Of a stretch of DNA of 64,000 nt, positions 29,401 to 39,854 are shown one piece after another; positions within the stretch are counted from its first letter, which is position 1, and every line of letters starts with the position of its first letter. The position numbers were made by a program, and so were the translations under genes. A model generated the notes under the pieces. The model had not been told where the DNA came from and made no database searches. It worked only from the letters and a program-made list of their open reading frames with translations. Source of the DNA: Promethearchaeota archaeon (GTDB taxonomy: Archaea > Asgardarchaeota > Lokiarchaeia > Sigyniarchaeales > SOKP01); contig JBHLOY010000003.1 of the NCBI GenBank assembly GCA_048939995.1, positions 397,345-461,344 of the forward strand. Direction: 5' to 3'.

Positions 29401-31185
29401 TTGTTAAAGGATATGAGTATAGAATATAAAGAGTATAAAAATTACTTAAGATGGCTTTTACACCACCTTTTAAAGCAAAAATATCTGGTTTTGTGTGTAA
29501 TAGTTGGAATAATTCTGGTAACATCTACGAGAACTTTAATCCCATTGATACTGGGAGACATAATTGATAAAATTCCAACTATAAGTAACATTTCAGAGAT
29601 TTTACCACTAATTTTCACTGCACTAGTAATTTATGGAGTAAATATCATTTTAGACTATAGTTCTATGATGGCAGGACATTTTTTGGGTTTGAAAACAGAA
29701 AAAAATATGCGCACAGAATTTTTCGATATAATCCAATCGAAATCTTTAAAATATCATGACAGCGCAAGAACTGGGGATTTACAAGCACTTGCGACATATG
29801 ATTTAAGAATTGTAAACACAATGGTCTCCCATGGTGCGTTTTACATATATCCATTTATACAAGTATTTGTAGCGTTAATTGTTTTGTTTAATAACCTTGA
29901 TTTAAGATTAGCGTTACTATTTTTGCCATTTCTTTTGTTTTATTGTGTTTTTATTTTGTATTATCGAAAGAAACTTGTTCCAATTGTAAGAGCACGTATG
30001 GAAAAGCACTCGAATATAGCAGTAACCCTTCAAGATAATATAAGTGGTTCCAAAGTGATTAAAATCTTTACAAAAGAAAGATTGGAAAGAAAAAAATTCC
30101 TTTCAGCTGTTCGAGCATTTAGAGATAATTGGATTGCAGAAAATAATGTACAATCGAAATATTATCCTCTATTAATTCTTTATCTTGCAATAAGTATATT
30201 ATTTCTAATAAGTTGCTTTTTTGTTTATTTTAACACGCTTACAATTGGTGAATTAGTTGCTGCTAATTTACTTTTAATCACTCTGATTGATCCAACTAAC
30301 TTGATTTTTTGGGCTACAAATGATATGACTAGTGGTTTTGCAGCTTGTTCTCGTGTATTTAATGCTCTTTCAAAGGGTGAAAAGGAAAAATCAAATCCTA
30401 ATGCTAAGGAAATTACTACTAAATTTAAAGGGAAAATAGAATTTAAGGATATATCCTTTTCATATGAAGATAAGAATCATAAAATCACTACTGTGTTTGA
30501 AAATCTTAATTTCATTATAAATCCAAAACAGAAAGTTGCCTTAGTGGGACCTACAGGATGCGGTAAGACAACTCTCGCCAAAATAATTTTATCGTTATAT
30601 GAACCACAGAATGGGGCAATCTATATAGATGATATAGATATAAAAAATTATACTTTTGAGAAATTAAGGAAACGGATAGGGTATATTGAACAAGATATCT
30701 ATCTATTCCCAAGATCAATCAAGGAAAACATTGCTTTTGGCAAACCAAATGCCTCTGATGAAGAGATTAAGAAAGCTGCTAAACTAGCACAAGTTGATGA
30801 TTTTGTAAAGAACTTTCCAAATGGTTATGATACAATTGTTGGTGAACGTGGAACGAGACTTTCAGGAGGAGAAAGACAACGTATAGCAATTGCACGTGCA
30901 TTGTTAACTGATCCAGATATCATTATTCTTGATGATTCTGTTTCTGCCGTAGATAGTGAGACCGAAGAAAAAATAGGTAAAGCAATTGACAATGTCTTAA
31001 AGAAAAGAACTACGCTGATTATAACTCATCGTTTAAATACAATCCGATCTTCTGATAAAATTCTAGTACTTAAAGATAGAAGTATTGTGGCAGAAGGGAA
31101 CCACCAAGAATTATTAAAAAGATCACAAGATTATAGAAGGATATTCGGAAGAGCTATTCCATTGCCTGATATAAAAATAAAATAA
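29401..31185 (+). CDS. ABC exporter half-transporter (TMD+NBD), degenerate-site subunit
   Basis: GPTGCGKT, LSGGERQRI, Walker B ILDDSVSAVD (catalytic E replaced by D). Confidence 0.92.
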   Translation: MLKDMSIEYKEYKNYLRWLLHHLLKQKYLVLCVIVGIILVTSTRTLIPLILGDIIDKIPTISNISEILPLIFTALVIYGVNIILDYSSMMAGHFLGLKTEKNMRTEFFDIIQSKSLKYHDSARTGDLQALATYDLRIVNTMVSHGAFYIYPFIQVFVALIVLFNNLDLRLALLFLPFLLFYCVFILYYRKKLVPIVRARMEKHSNIAVTLQDNISGSKVIKIFTKERLERKKFLSAVRAFRDNWIAENNVQSKYYPLLILYLAISILFLISCFFVYFNTLTIGELVAANLLLITLIDPTNLIFWATNDMTSGFAACSRVFNALSKGEKEKSNPNAKEITTKFKGKIEFKDISFSYEDKNHKITTVFENLNFIINPKQKVALVGPTGCGKTTLAKIILSLYEPQNGAIYIDDIDIKNYTFEKLRKRIGYIEQDIYLFPRSIKENIAFGKPNASDEEIKKAAKLAQVDDFVKNFPNGYDTIVGERGTRLSGGERQRIAIARALLTDPDIIILDDSVSAVDSETEEKIGKAIDNVLKKRTTLIITHRLNTIRSSDKILVLKDRSIVAEGNHQELLKRSQDYRRIFGRAIPLPDIKIK

Positions 31186-31200
31186 AAAGAGATAATAGAA

Positions 31201-32982
31201 ATGTATCGAAGTTTAATAAAAGAAAAACGTCAACGGAGATATTCGGATCGTGAGTTATTTAGCAGATATATTAAAAGATTAGTTCCCTTTAAAAAGAATA
31301 TGCTAATTGTTGCATTATTTATCTTTATAGCAACAATAGCAGAAATTCTTGGTCCTTTAATTATAGGATTTACTGTTGATCAGTTAGCCATCATATCCAA
31401 TCAATTTATCTTGATACTATCTCTTGCTCTAAGCTATGTTTTCCTTTCTACTATTCAATGGATTATGTTCTTTTTACGGAGAAGAGAATATGGTAAATTT
31501 GTACCTTTTTTTCTAGAATATTTACGGATGGATATTTTTGAAAAATTACAAACACAAGATATAGGTTTTTTTGATAAATATCAAAGTGGGGCTTTGAATA
31601 CAAGAGTATCAAATGATGCGTTAGATTTTGGTGACATAACAGCGCTTATTTCAGAAACAATAGGAAATTTTCTTGTAAGTATATTAACCTTTACTATCTT
31701 AGCGCTTCTAAATCTCTTTTTAGCATTAATCGCGTTAATCGCAGTGCCAATTGTATTACTTTTAATGTTTTCTTTGCGAAAAATAGCACGAATAGTCAGT
31801 AGAGCATATAGAAAAGCAATAGAGAAGGTTAATAATGCTATGGTAGAATCAATTGAAGGAATTCATGTCTCTAAAAGTTACGGTCAAGAAACTACAATCT
31901 CAAATCAATTTAGTGATATAAATAAGGAATACTTTCGCTCAACTTTTAAATTAACAGCTATTACTCATTTGTGGAGGCATATATTGAACTTAATAGCCTC
32001 AATTACTATATTGATTATAATTTTTTATGGAACTCAAATTTTTTTAGAGGGTTATTTAACTACGGGCATAATTTTCACATTCATTCTCTATCTACAGAGC
32101 TTTTTTAGACCGATAATTGTTCTTGCTACATTTTTTCCACAATTAAGTACTGGAATGGCTGCATATGAAAGAATTTTAGAAATACTAGATTCTAAACCTA
32201 TGGTTGAACAAAAAATTAATCCAATTAATGTGGGAGAATTAGAAGGCAAAATTGAGTTTGAAAATGTTAATTTTCGTTATGGAGATAATCACTGGATTTT
32301 CAAGGATTTTAATCTTAAAATACCTAAAGGAGAGAAACTGGCAATTGTAGGTCATACTGGCGCAGGTAAAACATCATTGGTGTCATTATTAGCCCGATTT
32401 TATGAATTTCAAGGCGGAAGTATTAAAATTGATGGCATTGATATCAGGGATATGACTTTAGATACCTATAGAAAAAATATCGCTATGGTTCAACAAGAAA
32501 TATTCTTATTTTCAGGTACTCTAGAAGAAAACATCCGTTATGGAAAACGCAATGCTTCAAAGGAAGAATTGGAGAGAGCAATTAGAGCTGTACATGGCGA
32601 GGAAATAATTAAATATTTACCTGATGGTATTAAAACCAGAGTGGGTGAGAGAGGAAAAGGATTATCTATGGGGCAACAGCAAATTATTAGTTTTGCAAGA
32701 GCAATTTTAAGTGATCCAAAAATTCTTATTCTAGATGAGGCAACTTCTAGTGTTGATGCGTATACAGAGGCAATAATCCAAGAGGCTCTTCAAGAGTTAA
32801 TGTTAAATCGTACTTCTATAATAATCGCTCATAGATTATCAACTGTTCTTAATGCTGACCGTATAATAGTCATGGATCATGGAAAAATTATTGAAGAAGG
32901 AACTCATGCATCATTAATTGCACAAAATGGAAAATATGCTGAACTTTATAAACAATATTTTGAACATCAGAGCTTAAATTAA
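31201..32982 (+). CDS. ABC exporter half-transporter (TMD+NBD), partner subunit
   Basis: GHTGAGKT, degenerate signature LSMGQQQ, ILDEATSSVD; TM287/288-type heterodimer arrangement. Confidence 0.92.
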   Translation: MYRSLIKEKRQRRYSDRELFSRYIKRLVPFKKNMLIVALFIFIATIAEILGPLIIGFTVDQLAIISNQFILILSLALSYVFLSTIQWIMFFLRRREYGKFVPFFLEYLRMDIFEKLQTQDIGFFDKYQSGALNTRVSNDALDFGDITALISETIGNFLVSILTFTILALLNLFLALIALIAVPIVLLLMFSLRKIARIVSRAYRKAIEKVNNAMVESIEGIHVSKSYGQETTISNQFSDINKEYFRSTFKLTAITHLWRHILNLIASITILIIIFYGTQIFLEGYLTTGIIFTFILYLQSFFRPIIVLATFFPQLSTGMAAYERILEILDSKPMVEQKINPINVGELEGKIEFENVNFRYGDNHWIFKDFNLKIPKGEKLAIVGHTGAGKTSLVSLLARFYEFQGGSIKIDGIDIRDMTLDTYRKNIAMVQQEIFLFSGTLEENIRYGKRNASKEELERAIRAVHGEEIIKYLPDGIKTRVGERGKGLSMGQQQIISFARAILSDPKILILDEATSSVDAYTEAIIQEALQELMLNRTSIIIAHRLSTVLNADRIIVMDHGKIIEEGTHASLIAQNGKYAELYKQYFEHQSLN

Positions 32983-33062
32983 GCATAAAATTATATATTT
33001 CAGATTCAGATAATTCTATTGAAAAACTCGACTTAAAAAGTTTAATCTATAAAAATTGATTT

Positions 33063-33869
33063 ATGAGCGAATGGAAAAAGGCTATTGAATTTATTAATCA
33101 AAACGGAGTTTTACTTGATAGGCTCAGAATTAAAAATTTATTCAAACTATCTTATAAGAAAAGTGAAGTTGAAGAAATATTATCTGACTATCAATTTCCA
33201 AATGGAAGTTGGGATTATAAATCTTCTGAGGAAAATTTAGATCGAATAGGTTCATTAGGAGGAACTATTCATTGTCTAAGATGGATAAGGGAATTTCATC
33301 TTGAAAAATCAGACAAAATGAAATTAACTTTACCCTTCTTGCAAAAAATTCAAAAAGACGATGGTTCTTTCTATGAAACTCCAGCTAAACTTAATCATTC
33401 ACCGCAAAGGTGGCTTAATGAAGATCGCATTATTGATACATTCTATTTTACAGCAGCAGTACCTATGCGGCTTTTTTCATTAGGATATAAAAAAAGTCCC
33501 ATCATTCAACCCTCTTTAAATTGGTTAAAGTTAAAATGGAATGATTGGAATATTGTTGCTGGAACTTGGTATGGTGCTTGGGCATTATTATGTTTAAATT
33601 CTTATAATATTGGTCTTGATACGTCTCTTTATAATCATTGTAGACAATATACTTTAGATTGGTTACCAAGACTGCCCGCACAACCTCTTACTTGGCTCTT
33701 AGATGTCCTAATTGCTGCAGAATACTCCTTAGATGATGAAATTGTTAAGAAAGGTATTAACCATCTGAAATCTTTACAAAATTCAAATAGTCTATGGAAT
33801 GATAAGAAATATTCAACAATAGAGACTACAATAACCGCAATTCGAATTATTGAGTTATTAAACCATTAG
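33063..33869 (+). CDS. Prenyltransferase/squalene-cyclase-repeat (alpha-alpha barrel) protein
   Basis: QW-like repeats QFPNGSW, QKDDGSF, QNSNSLW. Confidence 0.65.
   Translation: MSEWKKAIEFINQNGVLLDRLRIKNLFKLSYKKSEVEEILSDYQFPNGSWDYKSSEENLDRIGSLGGTIHCLRWIREFHLEKSDKMKLTLPFLQKIQKDDGSFYETPAKLNHSPQRWLNEDRIIDTFYFTAAVPMRLFSLGYKKSPIIQPSLNWLKLKWNDWNIVAGTWYGAWALLCLNSYNIGLDTSLYNHCRQYTLDWLPRLPAQPLTWLLDVLIAAEYSLDDEIVKKGINHLKSLQNSNSLWNDKKYSTIETTITAIRIIELLNH
33819..33866 (+). repeat. Left copy of the direct repeat flanking valS
   Basis: Core ACCGCAATTCGAATTATTG (33834-33852) is identical to 36478-36496. Confidence 0.8.
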
Positions 33870-33939
33870 TTAAACTTTTTTTTTGAATTTGTATCAAAAT
33901 TTTATTATGATTGGTTCCTACCCCGTTTTAACTCTAAAC

Positions 33940-36309
33940 CTAATTCGTTATATTGTGCATATTCGTTAATTCATCGGAAAACGGTTCAAGTTCTTGAGGG
34001 ATTTCCAACTTAATAGGTGATCTGAGTGAAATTTTTTGTTCATTTTTTTTCTTCCAAACCATCGAGTTAAACTCCAACAAAGGTTTGCTGTATTTCAAAT
34101 AATCTTGGACGTCATCTGGTTTGTACAGCTCTGGAAATGATTCATCGTGAATATCAATATTATATAAATCCATACAGATACGATATGTGAAGAAAGGGAT
34201 AATTGGGGATAGTAATTTCAAAATAACTTTCAATACATGATGAAGAGATGCTATAGTTGCCGGATCTCCTTGATAAGCCTTATCCTTTGCGATCTCAATG
34301 AAATGGGATGCAAATTTTCCCATTGCAAAAATTCTAACAGAGTCAGCAGGAACTTTGAAGTTAAATTCATCATATCCCTTACCTGCAGTTCTGATGAGTT
34401 GATTTACTTCTGCCAGTATCCATTTGCTAAGGGGTGAAAGCTCAAACTTATCTAGATCGCTGGAATTATCCTCGAATAATGAAACGAACCGGCAAAGATT
34501 AAAAATTTTAGTTATTACCTTCTGGGTTGCAGCAATCTTTCTCTCGTCAATACGAAAATCTTCACCTACATTGCATACACTAGCAGCCCAGAACCGAAAC
34601 ACATCTGCTCCATATTTTTCTATGATTTCGTCCGCATCAATTATGTTTCCTAATGATTTACTCATCTTTCTTCCTCGAGCATCGAGCCCCATCCCTGAAA
34701 TCCACACGTGTTCAAACGGTTTTTTGCTTAGTAAAAGCCAGTTTTTCAACATCGTGTAATAAAGCCAAGTTCGAATAATATCTTTACCCTGTGGTCGGAT
34801 GGAGCATGGATGATGCATCATGAAGAATTCTGGGTCTTTAGAATATTTCAAGGTATAAAGGTTACTATTTGAGCTATCCATCCATGTATCAAAAGTCTTT
34901 TCTTCTCCAACATAACCAGCCGTATTACCACATTTTCTACATGGTAGTGTCGCAAAAGGTGGATCCTCTCGCCATGGTTGGACATATAAACCTTTCGGGG
35001 CTAGATGGATCTCACCGCACTGCTTACATTTCCAGAGGGGTATTTCTGTATGGTAATATCGTCTTCTAGAAATGGGCCAGTCAATTGAGATACGTTCTAT
35101 CCAGTCAAGGAGCCATTGCTTATTTTGGTCAGGATGAAATTGCATTTCACCAACCATGTGCTTTAGATCCTCAACAAATTCTAGTTGTTTAATATAGTAT
35201 TCCTTTAGCATGACAATTTCAAGACTATCACCAGATCTTTCACAAATAGGATAACGGTGTGGAACTTCTTCCACGTTTTCCAGTAGCCCCCATCCTTCTA
35301 AATCGTCAACGATATACTCGCGTGCTTTCTTTGTTGTTTGTCCAATATATTTTCCTGCAACCTCAGTTAATAACCCATGTTCATCTAAAGCAATAACTGG
35401 CTCAAGATTCAACTCACGGAATAGAACAATGTCAGTTTGGTCTCCAAACGAACAGATCATTAAAGCTCCAGTTCCGTATTCCATGCTAGCGGATGGATGT
35501 GTTATAATGGGAACTGTTCGATCATATAACGGTAATTTGGCTAGTTTTCCTACGAATTTTTTATGTCGGTCATCATCGGGGTGTATCAAGATAATCTGGC
35601 AAGCGCAAATTAATTCTGGTCGAGTGGTTGCTACTAGGATATACCCGTCTTCATCGTCTAATTCTTTACTTTCGATTTGAAACTTTATATAATATAGGTT
35701 AGTCATTCCTTCCTCGTAATATATCTCCGCATCTGCGATTGTAGTCTGGCATCCAGGACAAAAATTATTCGGACGATAATCTTCAACAACTAGTCCTTTC
35801 TCGTAAAGTTCAATAAAAGTACGCTGAGTACAAGCACGATATTCATCACTATCAGTCATATAATAATCCTGGTAATCAGGGGAGAGTCCAATTCGTTTAG
35901 CAATTCTTGTCATATCATCAGAAATCTTTGTAATCTCCTCACGACAGCGGGTAATAAAATCAGCCCGATCAAATTCAAACAAACTTTTTTTCTCCTTCTT
36001 CTCTATAACGAGTTCGATGTTGATACCATTGCGATCTAATCCCCAAGGGAATAAAACATCGTATCCCCGTAAACGTTGGATTCGGGCTATCATATCAATC
36101 AAGGAGTAGTGGGCTACAGCACCAATATGCCACTTTCCAGAGGGATATGGTGGAGGAGTATCAATGCTAAAGAAAGGTTTTGACTTATCTCTCTCATGAA
36201 AGCTAACCTTATCATAGATATCTTTTTCTTCCCACTCTTTTAGGATCTCAAACTCTTCTTTAAAATTCCATCGTTTCAATGAGAGTTTAGACTTGTATTT
36301 ATTGGACAA
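33940..36309 (-). CDS. valS: Valine--tRNA ligase (archaeal type)
   Basis: FSIDTPPPYPSG.WHIG, ATTRPEL, GTGALM, DWPISRRRYY, FDTWMDSS, RPQGKDIIRTW, KMSKSLGN. Confidence 0.95.
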   Translation of the reverse strand: MSNKYKSKLSLKRWNFKEEFEILKEWEEKDIYDKVSFHERDKSKPFFSIDTPPPYPSGKWHIGAVAHYSLIDMIARIQRLRGYDVLFPWGLDRNGINIELVIEKKEKKSLFEFDRADFITRCREEITKISDDMTRIAKRIGLSPDYQDYYMTDSDEYRACTQRTFIELYEKGLVVEDYRPNNFCPGCQTTIADAEIYYEEGMTNLYYIKFQIESKELDDEDGYILVATTRPELICACQIILIHPDDDRHKKFVGKLAKLPLYDRTVPIITHPSASMEYGTGALMICSFGDQTDIVLFRELNLEPVIALDEHGLLTEVAGKYIGQTTKKAREYIVDDLEGWGLLENVEEVPHRYPICERSGDSLEIVMLKEYYIKQLEFVEDLKHMVGEMQFHPDQNKQWLLDWIERISIDWPISRRRYYHTEIPLWKCKQCGEIHLAPKGLYVQPWREDPPFATLPCRKCGNTAGYVGEEKTFDTWMDSSNSNLYTLKYSKDPEFFMMHHPCSIRPQGKDIIRTWLYYTMLKNWLLLSKKPFEHVWISGMGLDARGRKMSKSLGNIIDADEIIEKYGADVFRFWAASVCNVGEDFRIDERKIAATQKVITKIFNLCRFVSLFEDNSSDLDKFELSPLSKWILAEVNQLIRTAGKGYDEFNFKVPADSVRIFAMGKFASHFIEIAKDKAYQGDPATIASLHHVLKVILKLLSPIIPFFTYRICMDLYNIDIHDESFPELYKPDDVQDYLKYSKPLLEFNSMVWKKKNEQKISLRSPIKLEIPQELEPFSDELTNMHNITN

Positions 36310-36462
36310 TCAAATCACAACAATATTCCTTGTATATATTTAAAATTTTCTTCGAGTGTGTGATATGTATAGTTTAATTTTAATCAATTTTAATACTTTT
36401 TCACAAAATTTTCAATAAAATCAGACTCCGAATCGACCTTTCTGTCAAATTAATAGCTTCCT

Positions 36463-36510
36463 ATCGAAACTTCAATTACCGCAATTCGAATTATTGGATC
36501 GTTAGACCGT
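36463..36510 (+). repeat. Right copy of the direct repeat flanking valS (displaced 3' end of the 33063..33869 gene)
   Basis: Encodes IETSITAIRIIGSLDR versus IETTITAIRIIELLNH at the end of the upstream gene. Confidence 0.8.
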
Positions 36511-36534
36511 CAAGGCCAATTCTTTCTAAAACTT

Positions 36535-36933
36535 TCAAAATTTGATAATATAGGGTTTCTTTCCCCTTTCAATTCTAATTAGATTTTCATACGCTTTCCT
36601 ATGATGAGTCCCTTGCTCAACCCATTTTTTATATTCGTCACATGGAAAATCTCCACATTCAGAACAATTATTTAATTGTTTCTTATCAATGCAGCATATC
36701 AAAAGAGAGCAATTTGAAGCCCAATGGAAATCTGTTCTATCACTTCGGCAACCCTTACAATAATCTTTATTCTCTATTATGTTGGAGACGGTTTGATCTT
36801 CTCGATACCATCCTTCAGATTGAAACCATTCCAGTACTTCCTTTCCAGATTTTTCATCCCAAGGTAAATTTAATAACGGGCATGAATTGCATGTTAGTCC
36901 ACATACGCTAATGTTTAGATCTTCTTTCTTCAT
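36535..36933 (-). CDS. DUF3795-family Cys-rich protein
   Basis: CGLTCNSCP...CKGCRS...C...CC...NNCSECGDFPC. Confidence 0.85.
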   Translation of the reverse strand: MKKEDLNISVCGLTCNSCPLLNLPWDEKSGKEVLEWFQSEGWYREDQTVSNIIENKDYCKGCRSDRTDFHWASNCSLLICCIDKKQLNNCSECGDFPCDEYKKWVEQGTHHRKAYENLIRIERGKKPYIIKF

Positions 36934-36970
36934 CTTACTTTTAAAATACTCATCCCAAATAAATATTAAA

Positions 36971-38245
36971 TTATAAAATTGTTATTTTTTGAATTTTTTC
37001 TCTTGAGTTTCTTACATCCAATAGTTTGGAACAGTTATCAATACTTAAAATATCAGCCCAATCATTCAATTCTTTAGCGTTTCGATCTGAAACTTTCTTA
37101 GATTCAATTAATTCATGATATTGGGACTCCATTTTTATTATTGCATTTTTATTACCGGCTCCATTCCTTCTTAAATTATTGTATTTTGCAAGATTAATAT
37201 CTGACTGACTATTCCTATATTCACTATCTTCCAATGAATTATGAATGAAATAATTGTGCCATATCTTATTTTCAATTGGTGGAATTGTTAAAATCGATAA
37301 TGTATCACTCAATTTTCCGTATAGATTATTTCTTAAATAATTTCCTACACTTTCCTCAAAACCAAATAGAGAAAGAAAGATAATTTGGGGATAGATATGA
37401 TTATATAGGTTAAAGTCTTTCTTATACACTAAGTGAGTAAATCTCTTTACTTCCTCTAATAACTTTAACATCTGAATTAATTTTAATGGTGCCTTCTTCT
37501 TATGGGCAAATACAAACGTAATTTTAAGATTAAGTTTTTTTTCATTTAAATTCTGTGAGTTATTAAGAGAGTTTCCTGAATATTTTTCTTCTTCACTAAT
37601 GATTAAATCAGCAATTCGCTGATAGTAAGCATTCTCTAATGCAAAATCATAATTTCTAAATACTTTTAAAGAGTTATTTTTAACATTTATAAACTTATTT
37701 TCTAATAGCTCAATATATTGGCGATATATATCATACCATATTTCCCAAGAACCATCAATATCACTTAAAGAGAAAGGATATTTTCTTAAACCATCATTAT
37801 AATCATAAATTTCTTGCAATGAATCTAACAAATTCATTAGTATCTCTTTTTCAATTTCAATCAATTGATTTAGTAAACTCTTTTCTTCTATTCGCTTAAT
37901 TTTTAAATTTGAAAATACATAATTTTTCTCATTTTCTTTCCTAAGCTTGGTTAAATTATATAAAGTCTTTCCTAATGGTTTAATAGTCTTATTGGATGAA
38001 TTATGATCCTTAAATATTTGATTGTTAAATAAAGCTAAAATAGAAAAAGAAGTTCGATTTTTTGATTTATTAACGGAACCACGTACAATAACGGATTGAT
38101 CTTTTCTATTTATTCCTATAATTAATAAATTAAGATCATCTGTATTAGAATTCTTATCAATTTCAAAGTTGGGTTTAATTTTATTTTTTATGTTCGAAAA
38201 AATATCATTTAATCTAATTACTCTTTCAATTGTATGGACTCTCAT
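36971..38245 (-). CDS. Hypothetical protein, possibly with a degenerate restriction-endonuclease-like (PD-(D/E)XK) C-terminal domain
   Basis: 424-aa very AT-rich ORF; ADLII...FVFAHKK...IIFLSLFGF pattern. Confidence 0.55.
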   Translation of the reverse strand: MRVHTIERVIRLNDIFSNIKNKIKPNFEIDKNSNTDDLNLLIIGINRKDQSVIVRGSVNKSKNRTSFSILALFNNQIFKDHNSSNKTIKPLGKTLYNLTKLRKENEKNYVFSNLKIKRIEEKSLLNQLIEIEKEILMNLLDSLQEIYDYNDGLRKYPFSLSDIDGSWEIWYDIYRQYIELLENKFINVKNNSLKVFRNYDFALENAYYQRIADLIISEEEKYSGNSLNNSQNLNEKKLNLKITFVFAHKKKAPLKLIQMLKLLEEVKRFTHLVYKKDFNLYNHIYPQIIFLSLFGFEESVGNYLRNNLYGKLSDTLSILTIPPIENKIWHNYFIHNSLEDSEYRNSQSDINLAKYNNLRRNGAGNKNAIIKMESQYHELIESKKVSDRNAKELNDWADILSIDNCSKLLDVRNSREKIQKITIL

Positions 38246-38404
38246 TCAATTTTCACTTACTTTTTTGATTTTAAAAATTTTTTTAAACATTAAAGAAGGG
38301 AACGAAATATTTAATTACTCGTTATTTTACTCTACTTCCTCAACTATTTGAAGATCTACTGTTCATATTATAAAATTAATGATAAACTCCTTTGCCCATA
38401 CTCT

Positions 38405-38626
38405 TTATATATAAGAGAAAATATAAATCGAATCTGTTAAATTAAATTCTTCAATCTTAATATCATATATTAATCCATTTTTATATGAAAGAGATAATGG
38501 TATCTTGATTACAATTTTATATTCATCTAAATATAAGTTATTATAATAAACCCTTTCATTTTTATTAAAGTCAATAAACTTATTCAAAAAATTTTTGGAT
38601 CTACTATTATTCTTATTTTTATTCAT
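38405..38626 (-). CDS. Small hypothetical protein (doubtful)
   Basis: 73-aa ATG ORF in an extremely AT-rich region. Confidence 0.3.
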   Translation of the reverse strand: MNKNKNNSRSKNFLNKFIDFNKNERVYYNNLYLDEYKIVIKIPLSLSYKNGLIYDIKIEEFNLTDSIYIFSYI

Positions 38627-39053
38627 TGAAACATCTCTAATTCAAGTTAAATCTGGTGATTTTCACCATATTTTCTTAAATGAAACGAAATAAAGTTTTT
38701 GAGTTTTCGTTATCAAAATGGCAAATAATGATCTAAGAAATATGATTAAAAGAGTAAATCAGAAATTTCAAATTTTTAAGAATTTCAAATTTCTTTACTG
38801 TTTGAAGTAATATAGTTAAAAATAATATTTAAATTTATCGCTAAATAATTCTAAATTCTTAAATCCTAACAGAGGTAAAACTTTTATTTATTAAAGTTAC
38901 AGAACTGAACTCTATTTAACTTTTCCTTTTAATTTTCTCCTTATCTGACTAAATCTTTTCTCTAATTATATTATTTTTCAATTTCATTTGAATTTGGAAT
39001 AAGAAAAGTATAATAACATTTTTATCTGTAGTTTCAAATCCACTTAAGCCTAT

Positions 39054-39479
39054 TTAAAAGATGCCTTTAGATAAAACTTTCTCAATTTCTAAATCTAATT
39101 CATCTGTAGGGGTCTTAACACACCCTATTTTTGCAATTACTTGAATTCCAGTTGGTTTCATAATTTTTGCGATATCATTACAAATTTTAGGAGGACCCGT
39201 TTTAGATGTTCCTGTAGCAAATACGATAAGTTTTTTTCCTTTCAGATTAAAGTTAGTAATTTTTTGTAGGAATTCTTTATACTCCTTTGCTATCTGAAAA
39301 TAGTGTGTAGGAGAACCCAAACATATGATCTCAAAATCATTAAAAGAATTATTTTGTTCAAAATTCTTATCTTGATAAATCTGAACTATTATATGAAGCG
39401 TTTCTAACCTATTTTTAATTTTTTCTGCCAAAATTTTAGTATTTCCTGAACGCGTATGAAATATTATAACTGCTTTCAT
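39054..39479 (-). CDS. Flavodoxin-like protein
   Basis: FHTRSGNTKILAE phosphate loop, LGSPTH, VFAT. Confidence 0.88.
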   Translation of the reverse strand: MKAVIIFHTRSGNTKILAEKIKNRLETLHIIVQIYQDKNFEQNNSFNDFEIICLGSPTHYFQIAKEYKEFLQKITNFNLKGKKLIVFATGTSKTGPPKICNDIAKIMKPTGIQVIAKIGCVKTPTDELDLEIEKVLSKGIF

Positions 39480-39599
39480 TTTTATTGGTTTACTCTTTAA
39501 AAAATTTAAATTTATTCTATCCTTCTTACTTAAATAAAATTTTGTATCTTAAATATATTAATCCAGATTTTCAGTAATGTATAAAATTCGCAAAAATTA

Positions 39600-39742
39600 T
39601 TATCTAAAAATTTCTTTTTGAGCTCTTTCTGCCTGATCCTTCACAAAATCAATGAAATCTAATTATTTTCCAAAAATATTTCATCTTCCTTGGAAGCAGG
39701 GATTTCCTCTGGTTGGGATTTATTTTTAATTATTATACTCAT
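39600..39742 (-). pseudogene. Remnant of a paralog of the 39855..40343 regulator (N-terminus, then a stop and deletion)
   Basis: MSIIIKNKSQPEEIPASKEDEIFLENN* versus MNKNKSKPEENPASKEDEIFK; near-identical DNA over ~55 nt. Confidence 0.7.
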
Positions 39743-39854
39743 TTTAAAGATTCGAATATTTAATAAATTATAGGAGTACAAGTTTTTAAAGAAAGGGTGC
39801 ATTAAGAGAGGGAAATTTTAAATTTATTTGATAAAAAGCTTTTCGATTTGATAG

